From: Octopus sinensis
Taxonomy: Eukaryota
DNA: 64,000 bases
NCBI RefSeq assembly: GCF_006345805.1
Contig: NC_043017.1
Location: forward strand, 8,370,001-8,434,000
Reading direction: 5' to 3'
In this document: positions 49,561 through 61,744 of the stretch, piece by piece
Position numbering within the stretch: position 1 is the stretch's first letter
Layout of the letters: every line of letters begins with the position of its first letter
The notes under the pieces: model-generated
Told to the model about the DNA's origin: nothing
The model's database searches: none
What the model saw: the letters and a program-made list of their open reading frames with translations, nothing else
Made by a program: the position numbers and the translations under genes

Positions 49561-50069
49561 TAGATTAGTACTTTTGCTGGAGTGAGAAATTGGAATTGAG
49601 GATTTTGAATGAGTACTTAGGTAGAGAATTAACTTGAAGGGAGAATAGATAGAGAGGGGGCAGGGTTAGTCAGTAATACAATCACCATGCAAACATAAAT
49701 TGCACGGTTCAAATCTGATCAGTCATAGACCTTTTTTTTTTTCTAAAATTTTCTGTTTCAGATTTTTTTTAAAACTGTAAAGATATTTTGGTGACTAAGA
49801 AAACAAAGGGAAGTGTTTGTGACCCTTTTCAAGGTCTCCGTGACTGGTTGGAGGATTGCAAGAAGTTCTCTTCAGACTGTAGAACTTATGATGAACACTT
49901 GTAAATTGATTTTGTGTGTATGTATGTGTGTAAATATGTATATATATATATACGTAATATCTAATATCCATTTTACTTTAGCAATTAATAGGTTCGTTAC
50001 ACAATACAGATTGTCTTTTTCCCAATTTATTACAACAATCTTTATCAATAACAAATATGTTCTGTTATT

Positions 50070-51340
50070 AGCACTGATGATGATGACGATGACGACGGCG
50101 GTGACGGTGGCATTGATATGTTGGTGCAAATGATGGTGGTGTTGATGGTGATGATGATTGCAGTGATGTTTTGGTGTGGTGAGGGCGTAGAGATGATCAT
50201 GTCTGGGGGTTGAAATGTTGATGTCGGTGAACTTGGTATTGATGATGTGGCTGTGATAATTTGGTGGTGGCGATGGTTGCAGTGGGGTGGTTGGAGGGGT
50301 AGCAAGGATGATGGTGATGTTTGGGATGATGTTGGTGGTAGCAATGCTATTGAAGATGTGGTGTTGTATGGGTGATGGTGGCAATGATGATGGAGGTGGT
50401 GACGATGACGATGATGTGATAGTAGTGATGACAGTGGTGGCCTTCATATCCATTATACAGTGGTGTGGCTGAAGTTGGTGTTGGCAATGAAGCTGGTGCT
50501 AGCGGTGGTGATGCTGACAGCAGTGGTGATGATGATGATAATGCTGGTGGTGTTGATGTGAATAATGATTTTTAAAACTGTAAAGATATGCTGGTGTTGT
50601 TGATGATGATGATGATGGTGTTGGTGATGACGACGATGATGATGATAGTGGTGGTGGTGGTGGTGGTGATGATGGGGATAATGGTGGCTGTGATTAGGAT
50701 GATGATGCTAGTTGTAGTGATGTTGGTGCTGGTGTTGGTGGGGATGGTGGTGGTGATGCTGATGATGATGATGACAGTAATAGTGATAGAGGCGGTGGTG
50801 ATGGTGATGGTAGCAATAGCACTGCTGTTTCTGCTGCTGCTAATGATGACCATGTTGATGGTGGTGGTGGTGGTGATGATGATGGTGGTGATAATGGTGA
50901 TAGTGGTATTGATGATATTGGTGATGCAATATTAATGCTGTAATGTGAAGAATTTCAGTAGAGCCATGTCTGTTTATTATATTACGCAGTCGAGTTGTTG
51001 TTGTTGGGTAAACATTGATGGTGGTGCGAAGGAGGTAGCGTGGTGGTAGTGGTGTGGTCTTGTGTGATATTCAGGTTGCAGTAGCATTGTCATACAATAG
51101 TGGTATGGCAGTAGTGAATAAGCATGATGGTCGTATGGCCGTAGCATGTTATTGTAGTACAGTGATGGTATTTTAGTAGTACGTTAGTACAACATGGTGA
51201 TGCTTCGGTGTTAGGGTTACAGTTGTAGTGGTAGTAGTGATAGTGGTGTTTGGTGAATTAGTGTTGTTTGGTTGTATTGGTAGTATGAAGTGGTGGTTTA
51301 ATGATCTGGTGTTATGTTGTGGCAGTAGTATACTGGTGGT
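50070..51340. repeat. (GGT/GAT/AGT)n degenerate trinucleotide array
   Basis: Directly visible. Confidence 0.9.
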
Positions 51341-52212
51341 ATTATGTTAGTGGTTAGGGCATTTGGCTCATGATCGTAAGATTGTGAGTTCAATTCCTGA
51401 CGATGCATTGTATCCTTGAGCAAGACACTTTATTTCACGTTGCTCCAGTCCATTCAGCTGGCAAAAATTAGTTGTATCTGTATTTCAAAGGGCCAGCCCT
51501 GTCACACCCTGTGTCAAGCTGAATCTCCCTGAGAACTATGTTAAGGGTACATTTGTCTGTGGAGTGCTCAGCCACTTGCGCATTAATATCAGGGTCAGGG
51601 TGTTCCATTGATCGGATCAACTGGAACCCTCATTGTTGTAACCAACGGAGTGCCAGTCTTATGTTATAGTAGTATTGCTACGGTGGTGCAAGTGTCATGT
51701 GGCAGTGATGGACCCCCTTTGGTCATGAATGACCATGAAATTTCCCTTCCCATGTTCATTTTCCATGCTGGCAGGGGTTGGACGGTTTGACAGGAGCTGG
51801 CTAGCTGAAGTGCTGCAACAGGCCCACACTGTCTTTTTTGGCAGGGTTTCTATGGCTGGATGCCCTTCCTAATGCCAACCATTTCAAAGAGTTTACTGGG
51901 TGCTTTTTCTGTGGCACCATCACTGGTGCTATTACATGGCATCAGCATGAGTGCTTTATAGAGCTTTATACACGACACCAGAGTGGGTGCTTTACACATA
52001 GTACTGGCATGAGTGCTTTTTACATGGCACCAGCACATATATGTATATATATGTGTGTGTGTGTATACATATATATATATATGTATATATATATGAATAT
52101 ATATGTATGTATATATCTATCTATATATATGTATATTTGTGTGTATATATATATGTATGTATGTGTGTTTATATATATATAATATATATGTGTATATATA
52201 TATATGTGTGTG

Positions 52213-52257
<45 letters not shown>

Positions 52258-52261
<4 letters not shown>

Positions 52262-52487
52262 TTGCTCTTATGCAAAAATGTCGTTGAGTCCACAAAACAT
52301 TTCACCATTCCATAACAAAACCGTTGTACTACACTTTGACAATTTTTAATATTTTGGCGGCTGAAGCAACAGGAGATAGGTATAGTTTGACCAAAAGAAC
52401 CGGCTATTGCAGGCAAAAATAGATATTGAAAAAAAAAACACATTTGGCCAAATTTGGACATACGGCAGTTTGACATAATAGAAACGA
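52258..52487. mobile_element. MITE-like element with short TIRs in (TA)/(CA) repeats
   Basis: ATCGTTGCTCTTATG ... CATAATAGAAACGAC; inverted relative at 733-900. Confidence 0.6.
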
Positions 52488-52640
52488 CACACACACACAC
52501 ACACACATATATGTAAGAGAGAAAGAGAGAGAGATAACATGAAGGCTTTAAATTCAAAATATATTTGTATATCTCTCAATACCAGATAAACTTAAAGCAA
52601 TTCTTTTTTTGGTAGTGATTTTCATTGTAAAGAGAAACAG

Positions 52641-52677
<37 letters not shown>

Positions 52678-54287
52678 TAATAATAATAATAATAATAAGA
52701 TGGTAAAGAAGGACAATAACAACAATAATAATAATAATGGTTATAACATCAACATCTCAGAATATCGGAATGCTTGACTTTCGTAAGCATTTTCGACTTG
52801 CAAAGTCAACATGGAGAGAAATTTTTCACCATTCCTGTTATGTCTTTGTTAAGATAAATTTAAGCACCATAGTTCAGTCTAGACACAAAAAAAAAACTGC
52901 TGTTGATGGGAGGAGGCATGGAAGGAAGTAATGAAATGAGAAATTTATTGATTTCCAGCATTCATCATCATCATCATCATTATCATTATTATCATTATTA
53001 TTATCTTGACTTTTATTAAGTCTTTATATCTGAAGAATATCTCCTTCACCTGTTGAGTCAATAAAGATTGCCTTCACGAGATAGGATTAAAAGACTGGTT
53101 ATCTCTCCAGGCTGACTTTCCAGACAAGATGAAGAACGGCAGACGATTCCGGTTGTTTGGATGTTTCTCACCTGTCAAAAGCAAGATTTCATGGACAGGT
53201 GAAACAAAGGAGTCTTTGTGTGGATTCTTGACTGGCTAAAAATAAGAGCCAAATCTCCCTCAAATCACACTGTACCATTTTAGATGTGAATTACACTGTG
53301 CCTGACAATAAGAAAGGATGGCCTCTTTTGGAATGCCTTGTATTTATTACTTGGAAGAATCACCTTTACCAAAAATAACATGGAGCCAACTGAGGAACAT
53401 CTATGTGTTCATTCAAACTGCCAGAAATGGGAACCAAATCCCCCTCAAATCACACCTTATCATTTAGATGTGGATTACATTGTACCTGAAAATTAAAAGG
53501 ATGGCCTCAGTTGGAATGCCTTTATCAGCATCACCAATTAATGCTACAAACACACCTCCATTACACCCCACCCATGTAAACTTCTTTCTGTTTCCATCTA
53601 TTGCCAACACTCACAAAGTTTTGGTCAGCCTGGGGCTCTTGTAGAAGACATTTGCCTAAGGTGTTATGCAGTGGGACTGAACCTGAAACTGTGTGGTTGG
53701 GAAGCGAACTCCTTAACCACACAGCCATGCCTGCTGCATCTGTACAGTAGAGACAAGGACCCACAAATTAGGGTGAAGGGCTGTTTGGGTTGATTACATT
53801 GATCCCACACTCAGTATTTGGCTGGATCTTGTTTTATTGACCCCTGAAAGATAAACAAACAATGTTGATCTTAGTGACATGATGATGATGTTAACAGTTT
53901 CTGGTTTAGGTATAAGGCCAACACTTTTGAGGGGAGGACTAAGTCAATACCATTGACTCAATACATAGTTGGTACTTTATTTTATCAACCCTGGAGTGAT
54001 GAAAAGCAAATTCAACCTCGGCGGGATTTGAACTTGGAGCAAAGGAATTTTTTCCAATGTTCTAACAGTTCTGTCGGCTCAATGTCTTCTTTTTTTTAAT
54101 TATTTCTAATTTAGGAAAGGCAGCGGGCTGGCAGAATCGTTAGCATGCCGGGCAGAATGCTTAGTGGCATTTCATCCGTCTTAACATTCTGAGTTCATAT
54201 TTCACCAAAGTCGTCTTTGCTTTTCATCCTTTTGGGGGTCGATAAATTAAGTACCAGTGAAACACTGGGGTCAATATAAACCGTTTG

Positions 54288-54300
<13 letters not shown>

Positions 54301-54318
<18 letters not shown>

Positions 54319-55010
54319 TAATAATAAGGCGAAAAGATAGATACAGTCCTCTTAAGTATGAAATAGCCCAGCTATGGAAAATGAAGACAGTGCCGATTAT
54401 TGTTGGCTCCTTGGGGACAGTATCAGAAGGGATCAAGGGGCATATAAAGGAAATTGGAATAGAGTGCCCAGTAGAACTGTTACAAAAGGTTTGCCTCCTT
54501 GGCATGGCCAAAATTATCAGGTAGGTACTAGATAGCTGAAAATACCGAATGGCATGGTACCCTAGACTGCAGGTAGCAAGCACGCTATACATGCAAGACA
54601 CCAGGGGCTCCAACAAAACCTCTAATAAAGATATGATAATAATAATAATATAATAATAATATAATAATAATAATAATATAATAATAAGGCGAAAAGATAG
54701 ATACAGTCCTCTTAAGTATGAAATAGCCCAGCTATGGAAAATGAAGACAGTGCCGATTATTGTTGGCTCCTTGGGGACAGTATCAGAAGGGATCAAGGGG
54801 CATATAAAGGAAATTGGAATAGAGTGCCCAGTAGAACTGTTACAAAAGGTTTGCCTCCTTGGCATGGCCAAAATTATCAGGTAGGTACTAGATAGCTGAA
54901 AATACCGAATGGCATGGTACCCTAGACTGCAGGTAGCAAGCACGCTATACATGCAAGACACCAGGGGCTCCAACAAAACCTCTAATAAAGATATGATAAT
55001 AATAATAATA
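54301..55010 (+). mobile_element. RLE (R4/Dong-like) LINE 3' fragment, exact tandem duplication with a 360-bp period
   Basis: RRKDRYSPLKYEIAQLWKMKTVPIIVGSLGTVS...LLQKVCLLGMAKIIR*VLDS*, then UTR, AATAAA and (AAT)n; 54301-54650 is identical to 54661-55010. Confidence 0.9.
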
Positions 55011-55834
55011 ATAATCCTTTCTACGAAAGGCACAAGGCCTGAAATTTATGGGGAGGGTATTACTTGATTACATCGACCCCAGTGTTTTACTGGCAATTAA
55101 TTTGTCAGCCTCAGGGTAACTTGAACTCAGAACATAAAGAGGGATGAAATACTGCTTAGCATTTTGTCCGATGTGGTAATGATTCTAACAGCTTGCTGTC
55201 TTAAATGATAATCATTAATAATTAATTAAGAACTTAAAAAATTTTCACATCTGTTGATGCAAGAAGATTTGAGAGTTATTTCCCTTTGACAAGTCCCAAT
55301 TTTGCTAGAGCAGAGCAGATCACCCACTTCGTTCATCTCTTCTGTTGCTCTCAGCTGTTTTTCTCTGTCCCTCTTTCTCTCCACTCCTCCCACCTCTCTC
55401 TTTTTATATATATATATGTGTCTGTATGTTTCTCTATTCCACTGTTAACCTCTCCGTCCATTTACCAGTTACAAATGACAATCTACAGCAATATCTGTAA
55501 AAAAAGAAAAAAAAAAATTATTTCAGTCTTCATGTGTTTGTCGTACAAGTCAGTTATGGTAGTGGTCACTTCATTCGACCAGTCTGGACATAAACCAAAA
55601 AGTGAGGTACTACATGATCGCTGGACCTGGTAGAAATAGCTGCTAAAACCACTTCTCAAAATACACCAAAAATGATTTTAAAAAAGAAGATAAACACAGT
55701 CGAAAATAGACCAGTTTACCCCCTCCTCCTCCTCATCATCATCACCATCATCATCGTCGTCGTCGTCGTCATCGTTTTAATGCCCACTTTTCCATGCTTG
55801 CATGGGTCAGATGAAATTTGCTGAGGCAGATTTT

Positions 55835-56244
55835 CAGGAGTGGCTGTGTGGTAAGTAGCTTGCTTACCAACTACATGGTTCCGGGTTCAGTTCCACTGTG
55901 TGGCACCTTGGGCAAGTGTCTTCTAGTATAGCCTCGGGTCGACCAAAGCTTTGTGAGTGGATTTGGTAGACAGAAACTGAAAGAAGCCCATCGTATATAT
56001 GTATATGTATATATATATATGTGTGTGTATGTTTGTGTGTCTGTGTTTGTCACCCCCCCAACATCACTTGACAACCAGTGCTGGTGTGTTTACATCCCCG
56101 TAACTTAGCAGTTTGGCAAAAGAGACTGATAGAATAAGTATTAGGCTTACAAAGAATAATTCCTGGTGTCGATTTGCTCGACTAAAGGTGGTACTCCAGC
56201 ATGGCCACAGTCAAATGACTGAAACAAGTAAAAGAGTAAAGAGA
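55835..56244 (+). mobile_element. tRNA-derived SINE family C, full length
   Basis: Head CAGGAGTGGCTGTGTGGTAAG...GGGTTCAGTTCC, CCTTGGGCAAGTGTCTT core, internal TA/TG microsatellite, tail GAAACAAGTAAAAGAGTAAA. Confidence 0.9.
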
Positions 56245-56458
56245 GAAGACCAGCATCCCATCCAGGTGGGGATTTAGGGTTATGTCGGTATGGCTTGAGA
56301 AGGTAACTTTACCTTTACCTTTTGGTGGCAGGGTTGTGAAGGAAAGTATCTTGTTTTAACCATCATCCTTTAAATCTTAAGATCTGGCAGTTTTTTTATA
56401 ATTCAAGGTGGTGGTGGGGATGAACAAATACAGACACAAAGACACACATATGCACGCA

Positions 56459-56503
<45 letters not shown>

Positions 56504-57083
56504 CCATTCTGGCATGGAAGGCAGATGTTAAACAATGATGATGATGATGATATACATATATATGATGGGCTTCTTTCAGTTTCCATCTACCAGAACCACT
56601 CACAAGGCTTTGGTCAGCCCGGAGGTTTAACAGAAGATACTAGCCCATGGTGCCACGCAGTCGGACTGAATCTGGAACCATGTGGTTGGGAAGCGAGCTT
56701 CTTACCACACAGCCACTCCTGTGTCTTGGCAAGAAGATACTTGTCAGAGGTGTCACACACTGGAATTGAACCCCAAACCACATGGTTGCAAAGTGAGCTT
56801 CTCAACCACACAGCCATGTTTGCACAATACGCATTCCTTAAAATTTCGAGTTGGTTGTAATTATGTTTAGTACTATTTCATTCTTTCTTGAAATCATCAG
56901 CATAACATCATCAGTGACTTAATTAATTAAACATTTTATGAAGTGAGATGCTTCATTAAAGAAGGAAATAATTATAGTCTGGAGGAAATTCATAGAATTT
57001 TGTGTGTGTTTCTTTTTTTTCACAGAACATTAGTAGTTTAGCAATGAAGAGAAAAGAGAGAAAGTTTTTTACTGTTTACATAC

Positions 57084-57268
57084 AAGATGGTAACGGTTTC
57101 CATGATTCTGTGGTATTGGCTCCAGCTGTGATGATCTTCATGAATAATGCATATTATAATGCAGTTAATGTCACTGTGATCCAGACTTTGCAAGTCGGTT
57201 CCGTTGCTAATCCCTTCCACTGTGTTTGGTTGCGACAGTTGAAACGGCTCACTTGCAGTGTCTGCTTC
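57084..57268 (-). CDS. Candidate coding exon, unknown protein
   Basis: T-rich tract plus TAG| EADTASEPFQLSQPNTVEGISNGTDLQSLDHSDINCIIICIIHEDHHSWSQYHRIMETVTI |GTATGT; only one of three frames is open over 61 codons. Confidence 0.25.
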
Positions 57269-57514
57269 CTATTTTGACAGAGCGACAAAAAAATAAATAA
57301 ATAAATAAAATAATAATAATAATAATAAGCAAAATAAAGTGTTTTTACCCAGGAAGTCCCTAATTAAAATTAAAAGGAGAACCAAAAGGAGACAGTATTT
57401 TATAGGTATTGTTAGTAAGGTAGTACAATTGAATCCAATGACATAGTCTTTTTGTAAAATGCTGCTGCTGCTACTACAACTACTACTACAGTTAATAATA
57501 ATAATAATAATAAT

Positions 57515-58170
57515 AATCCTTTCAACTAAAGCATAAGGCCTGAAATTTGGGGGAGAGGACTAGTAGATTACATCAACCCCAGTGTTTCACTGGTACTTAA
57601 TTTATCAACCCCAAAAGGATAAAAAGCAAAGTCGACGTTGGTGGAATTTGAACTCAGATCATAGCAACTTGCAAAATACCGCTCAGCATTTTGACTGATG
57701 CGCTAACGATTTTGCCAGCTTGACACTTCAGTAATAATAATAATAATAATATTGATAATTCTTTTTAGTATAGGCAGAAGACCTGAAGTTTGGGTGAGTG
57801 TGGATGGTTATATTGACCCCAGTACGTGACTGGTATTTAATGTATTGACTCTGAAAGGATCAAAGGCTAAGTGATCCTCAGTGGCATTTGAACTCACAAT
57901 GTGACGCTTAAAGAAATGCCATTAAGCATTTTGTCTGGTCTGTTAACAGTTCTTCCAGCTCACCATTTTAAATAATAATAATAATAATAATGATAATAAT
58001 AACAATGATAACAACAATAATGATAATAATAATCCTTTCTACTATAGGCATAAGGCCTGAAATTCTGAGGGAGGGGACTCATCAATTACTTTGTCCCTCT
58101 AGTCCCAGTGCTCAGTTGGTCCTTAATTCATCAACCCTGAAAGGATGAAGGGCAAAGTCAACCTTGGTGA
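57515..58170 (-). mobile_element. Three SINE-B copies joined by (AAT)n
   Basis: Reverse complement of the B consensus. Confidence 0.85.
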
Positions 58171-58189
58171 ATTGGTGTTTCTATCGATA

Positions 58190-59110
58190 TAACACCATGC
58201 AGTATATGTAACTTTGTATGGTATAACACTTGGTTTAACATAGTAGAGCGTGGTTTAACAGTTGAGCAAAGTGCAGCATGGTATAATAGCTGATGTAACA
58301 TAACTTAATGTGTTATAACATTGAATATAAAGTACATTATCATATAAAATATGATATAATACAGCTCAGTATAACAGATAATTTAAACATCACAGTATGG
58401 CATAAAAGAGGATATAACATAGCATATACAGTATATCATGATATACCATAAAGTATACTATAACAGATGATATAACACAGTACAGTAGCTTAATGTATGA
58501 CAGTTAACACAGTATAGTATAATATAATGTATAATATAATACAGTACAGAATGGTATAATGTGATATAACACAGTATAATATGGTGTAACGGATGAGACA
58601 ACATAATTATAGTACAGCATGGTATAACATGATATAATAATACAATATGATATAACACAGTATTGTATGGTACAACATAAAAGGCAGTACAGTACAGTAT
58701 AACATACGATGTAATGCTTGCACAGCATAGTATAACAGAGGATATAACACAGAATAGTATGATATAGCATGATATAACACAACAAAGTATGGTATAACAT
58801 AGTATGACATATTGCAGTGTAGGTGATGTATAACACAGTACACTTTTATAACACGTGGTATAACACAATGCAGTAGTGCATGATGGAAGATATAACACAG
58901 TATGTGCTTTATCATAAGGTATAACATAAAACAATGTACAATACATGGTATAGCATAAAGTGATGTACAAGATATAACATAAAAGCTGACAGAACGTAAC
59001 ACGGTATATGTGATATGATGTAGCATAGTACGGTATGGCATAACATGATACAGTGCAGTACAATATCGTATAACATGATATAATTTAATATGCTATACAG
59101 TATAACAAGA
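58190..59110. repeat. Degenerate TATAAC(A)-based satellite-like tract
   Basis: Dozens of TATAACA/GTATAACAC motifs over about 900 bp. Confidence 0.8.
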
Positions 59111-59398
59111 AAGAGAAAAATGAAAGGAATTATTATAAGCCAAGATCAAGAAGATTAAGATTATATATTGTGGCTTGGGTCTCACGCACACACACGCACA
59201 CACACACACATACATGAATATATACAAATGTACATACACATGTATGTGGATATATATATATATATACATTGAGAGAAGAAAGAGATGGACGCTTCAACTC
59301 TATGCTGCTGCCGCATTATGTCGTACGTGAATGAGAGGATTTGCATCCCCAACCAAGAATTTTTGATGTAACACATGTCCTTGTGGAAGCTGTTGTGC

Positions 59399-59476
59399 GC
59401 GGCTGAAGAAGGCCACAGACATACATTATGCATTGTTATAAATCTGTCTAATAAAGGCCCGAAACATATGTACCGC
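59399..59476 (+). ncRNA. Type-I hammerhead ribozyme motif with intact core and palindromic stem III
   Basis: GCGG / CTGAAGA / A-GGCC-(41 nt)-GGCC-C / GAAA / ACAT-ATGT / A17 (GUA) / CCGC. Confidence 0.75.
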
Positions 59477-59586
59477 TGAATCCTTCGCATCATGTTTTTA
59501 TTTTATTTTGATCAATTACTCCACCACCTACACCACCAAACGGTATACACAGTGCTTATAATTATCAAGTACTCACCCCGAATTTC

Positions 59587-59686
<100 letters not shown>

Positions 59687-60519
59687 TACACATATATATA
59701 TACACATTATATGTATCAGTACTTTTCAGTGTGTGTGTGGTTCTGTACCTGTTTCAGTGGGTTTCTATGAGTGTGTGCACTATGAAACTCTTTGTGTGTG
59801 TGTTACTGTGGATGTTTATGATTGGTTATGTATGTGTGTATGTAAGTGTGTGCTTGTGTATGTGTGATGCCCTGTGTGTGTGTGTGAAAGAGTGTCTTTG
59901 TGATTACAAATGTATTCATATGTCTTGGTTGTGTATGTATGTGTGTGTGTGTATGTACGTACTTTTAAGTGTGTTACATGTATATGCACTTTTAGGTTTG
60001 TGTGTGTGTATGTGTGTTAGTCTGTTGAAATATTTTTGATGCTTATAAAAATGATTTTTTTTTTCTGGTGAGGGCCTTACTATACAGTAGATACTATACA
60101 CATACTTGTGAGCTTTAAAACAGCCTGGTGAGGTTTTTAATAAATAGCGGCTATTCGTAGTCATGGTGTTTATCACAACCTGGTGAAGTCCTTACAGAGC
60201 AGATACACTTGGTTAGGATCTTTAACAAACCTGATAAGGTTCTTAGTATTTATATATTAGACACACATAGGGTCTGCTGAATTTTTTGTGCGTGGCATGG
60301 TTAATCTTCACAAATGTTTAATATAATGGCACCTGGAAGAAAAAAGAATAATTACATTGTAAATTTTACACCACTGAAAACATATTAAGACATATTAAGA
60401 TCAGAAATTTTGAAAAGGTGTCTATTTACTTCCTGCATGTCTGTGATACATACAGGTGCCCAAGACTTTTGGTGATATACTGTGCTTAATAAGACTTGTT
60501 AAGTCAATTGAAATCGTAG

Positions 60520-60775
60520 TTGTGACCAATGCTGGTGTCACGTAGCTGGCATTCATGCCAGTGGCACATAAAAGCACCCATGTGGGTGGCGCATAAAAAG
60601 CGCCCTTTACACTCTTGGAGTGGTTGGCATTAGGAAGGGCAACCAGCTGTAGAAAAACCATGCCAAATCAAACTGGAACTTGGTGCAGCTTCCCTGCTTA
60701 CCAGTTGCAGTCGAACCATTTAACCCATGTCAGCATGGAAAGCAGACAGTAAATGATGATGATGATGATGATGGT
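60520..60775 (+). mobile_element. Family F; another copy at 63700-63885
   Basis: TGGTTGGCATTAGGAAGGGCA.CCAGC..TAGAAA...AACCCATG.CAGCATGGAAA-(GAT)n. Confidence 0.85.
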
Positions 60776-61557
60776 GTTTATGCTCACACATAGAAAGAGA
60801 AAGTGAGAGAGAAAGAGAGAATGAGTGAAGCCTTAAAATATCTGATGTCAAACAAGTCAGCATCAAATCAGCGATGCCAAAGCTGTTCTGTCACAAAGTC
60901 TCAAACCCGATCACAATGTATTTATTCCAATACTCTAATGATTCTGCCGGTAGTGGGTTTTTTTTTTTTTTGGCTTTTTTCACAAAGACACACAAACAGA
61001 GACGTTTTTGACTTGATTGAAATTGTATTTTTTTTCTGTCCCCACTCCCTGTCACACTCTGTGTTATGCTAAATCTCCCTAAGAACTACATGAGGAGTAC
61101 GCATGTCTGTGGAGTACTCAGCCACTTGCATGCTAATTTCACAAGCAGACTGTTTCGTTCCAACCTTCCCAACATTAAAGGAGGCACATATCAAAATCAA
61201 CCATTGATGAGGATTGAACTCAGAACGTCAAGCAACATTAACAAACAAACTGCAAGTGTTTTAACAAAAGAACAAAACAAAAGACCCCCACCCCATAATT
61301 CTCAATGCAGCGATTTCTAACAAAGACTCACAGACATGAATTTTTAGGAGGTACTGGGGGTGGTGGTGTGGTAGAAGGGAGCGGGGATATAGTGTGTGTG
61401 TGTGTCTGGAAGATATAGATCAACTGTAATTGACTGGCACCCACCCACCCACCTTGACTTTGTTTCCTCATAACTTTCTGAAAAATGAATAGTTTTTAAT
61501 GAAATTTTCTACCAATAACTTTCAGATGGCAAAGATTATGATTTTATCAGAATTTAA

Positions 61558-61744
61558 CCATTAAGCTGTATCAGATCCAAATATTTTACCTGTTTTATGT
61601 TCAAACTGGCTGGATCCAGCCTCTCACACCTACCCTACAATGTGATTCTAAATATAAACAATCACATCATTGGAATCTCAAAGCTATGAGATAAGGCAAA
61701 TAAAGAAGCATTACATTTGACAGAGAAATCTGAATGCTACGGGG
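61558..61744. mobile_element. Degraded piggyBac-like MITE
   Basis: TTAA|CCATTAAGC ... TGCTACGGGG|TTAG. Confidence 0.45.

Noticed and set aside
60065-60250. C2H2 TGEKPY-linker array or CRISPR-like array
   Set aside because: The period is not 84 bp and there is no Cys/His pattern; the anchors are only about 9 nt and the context is eukaryotic with no cas genes.
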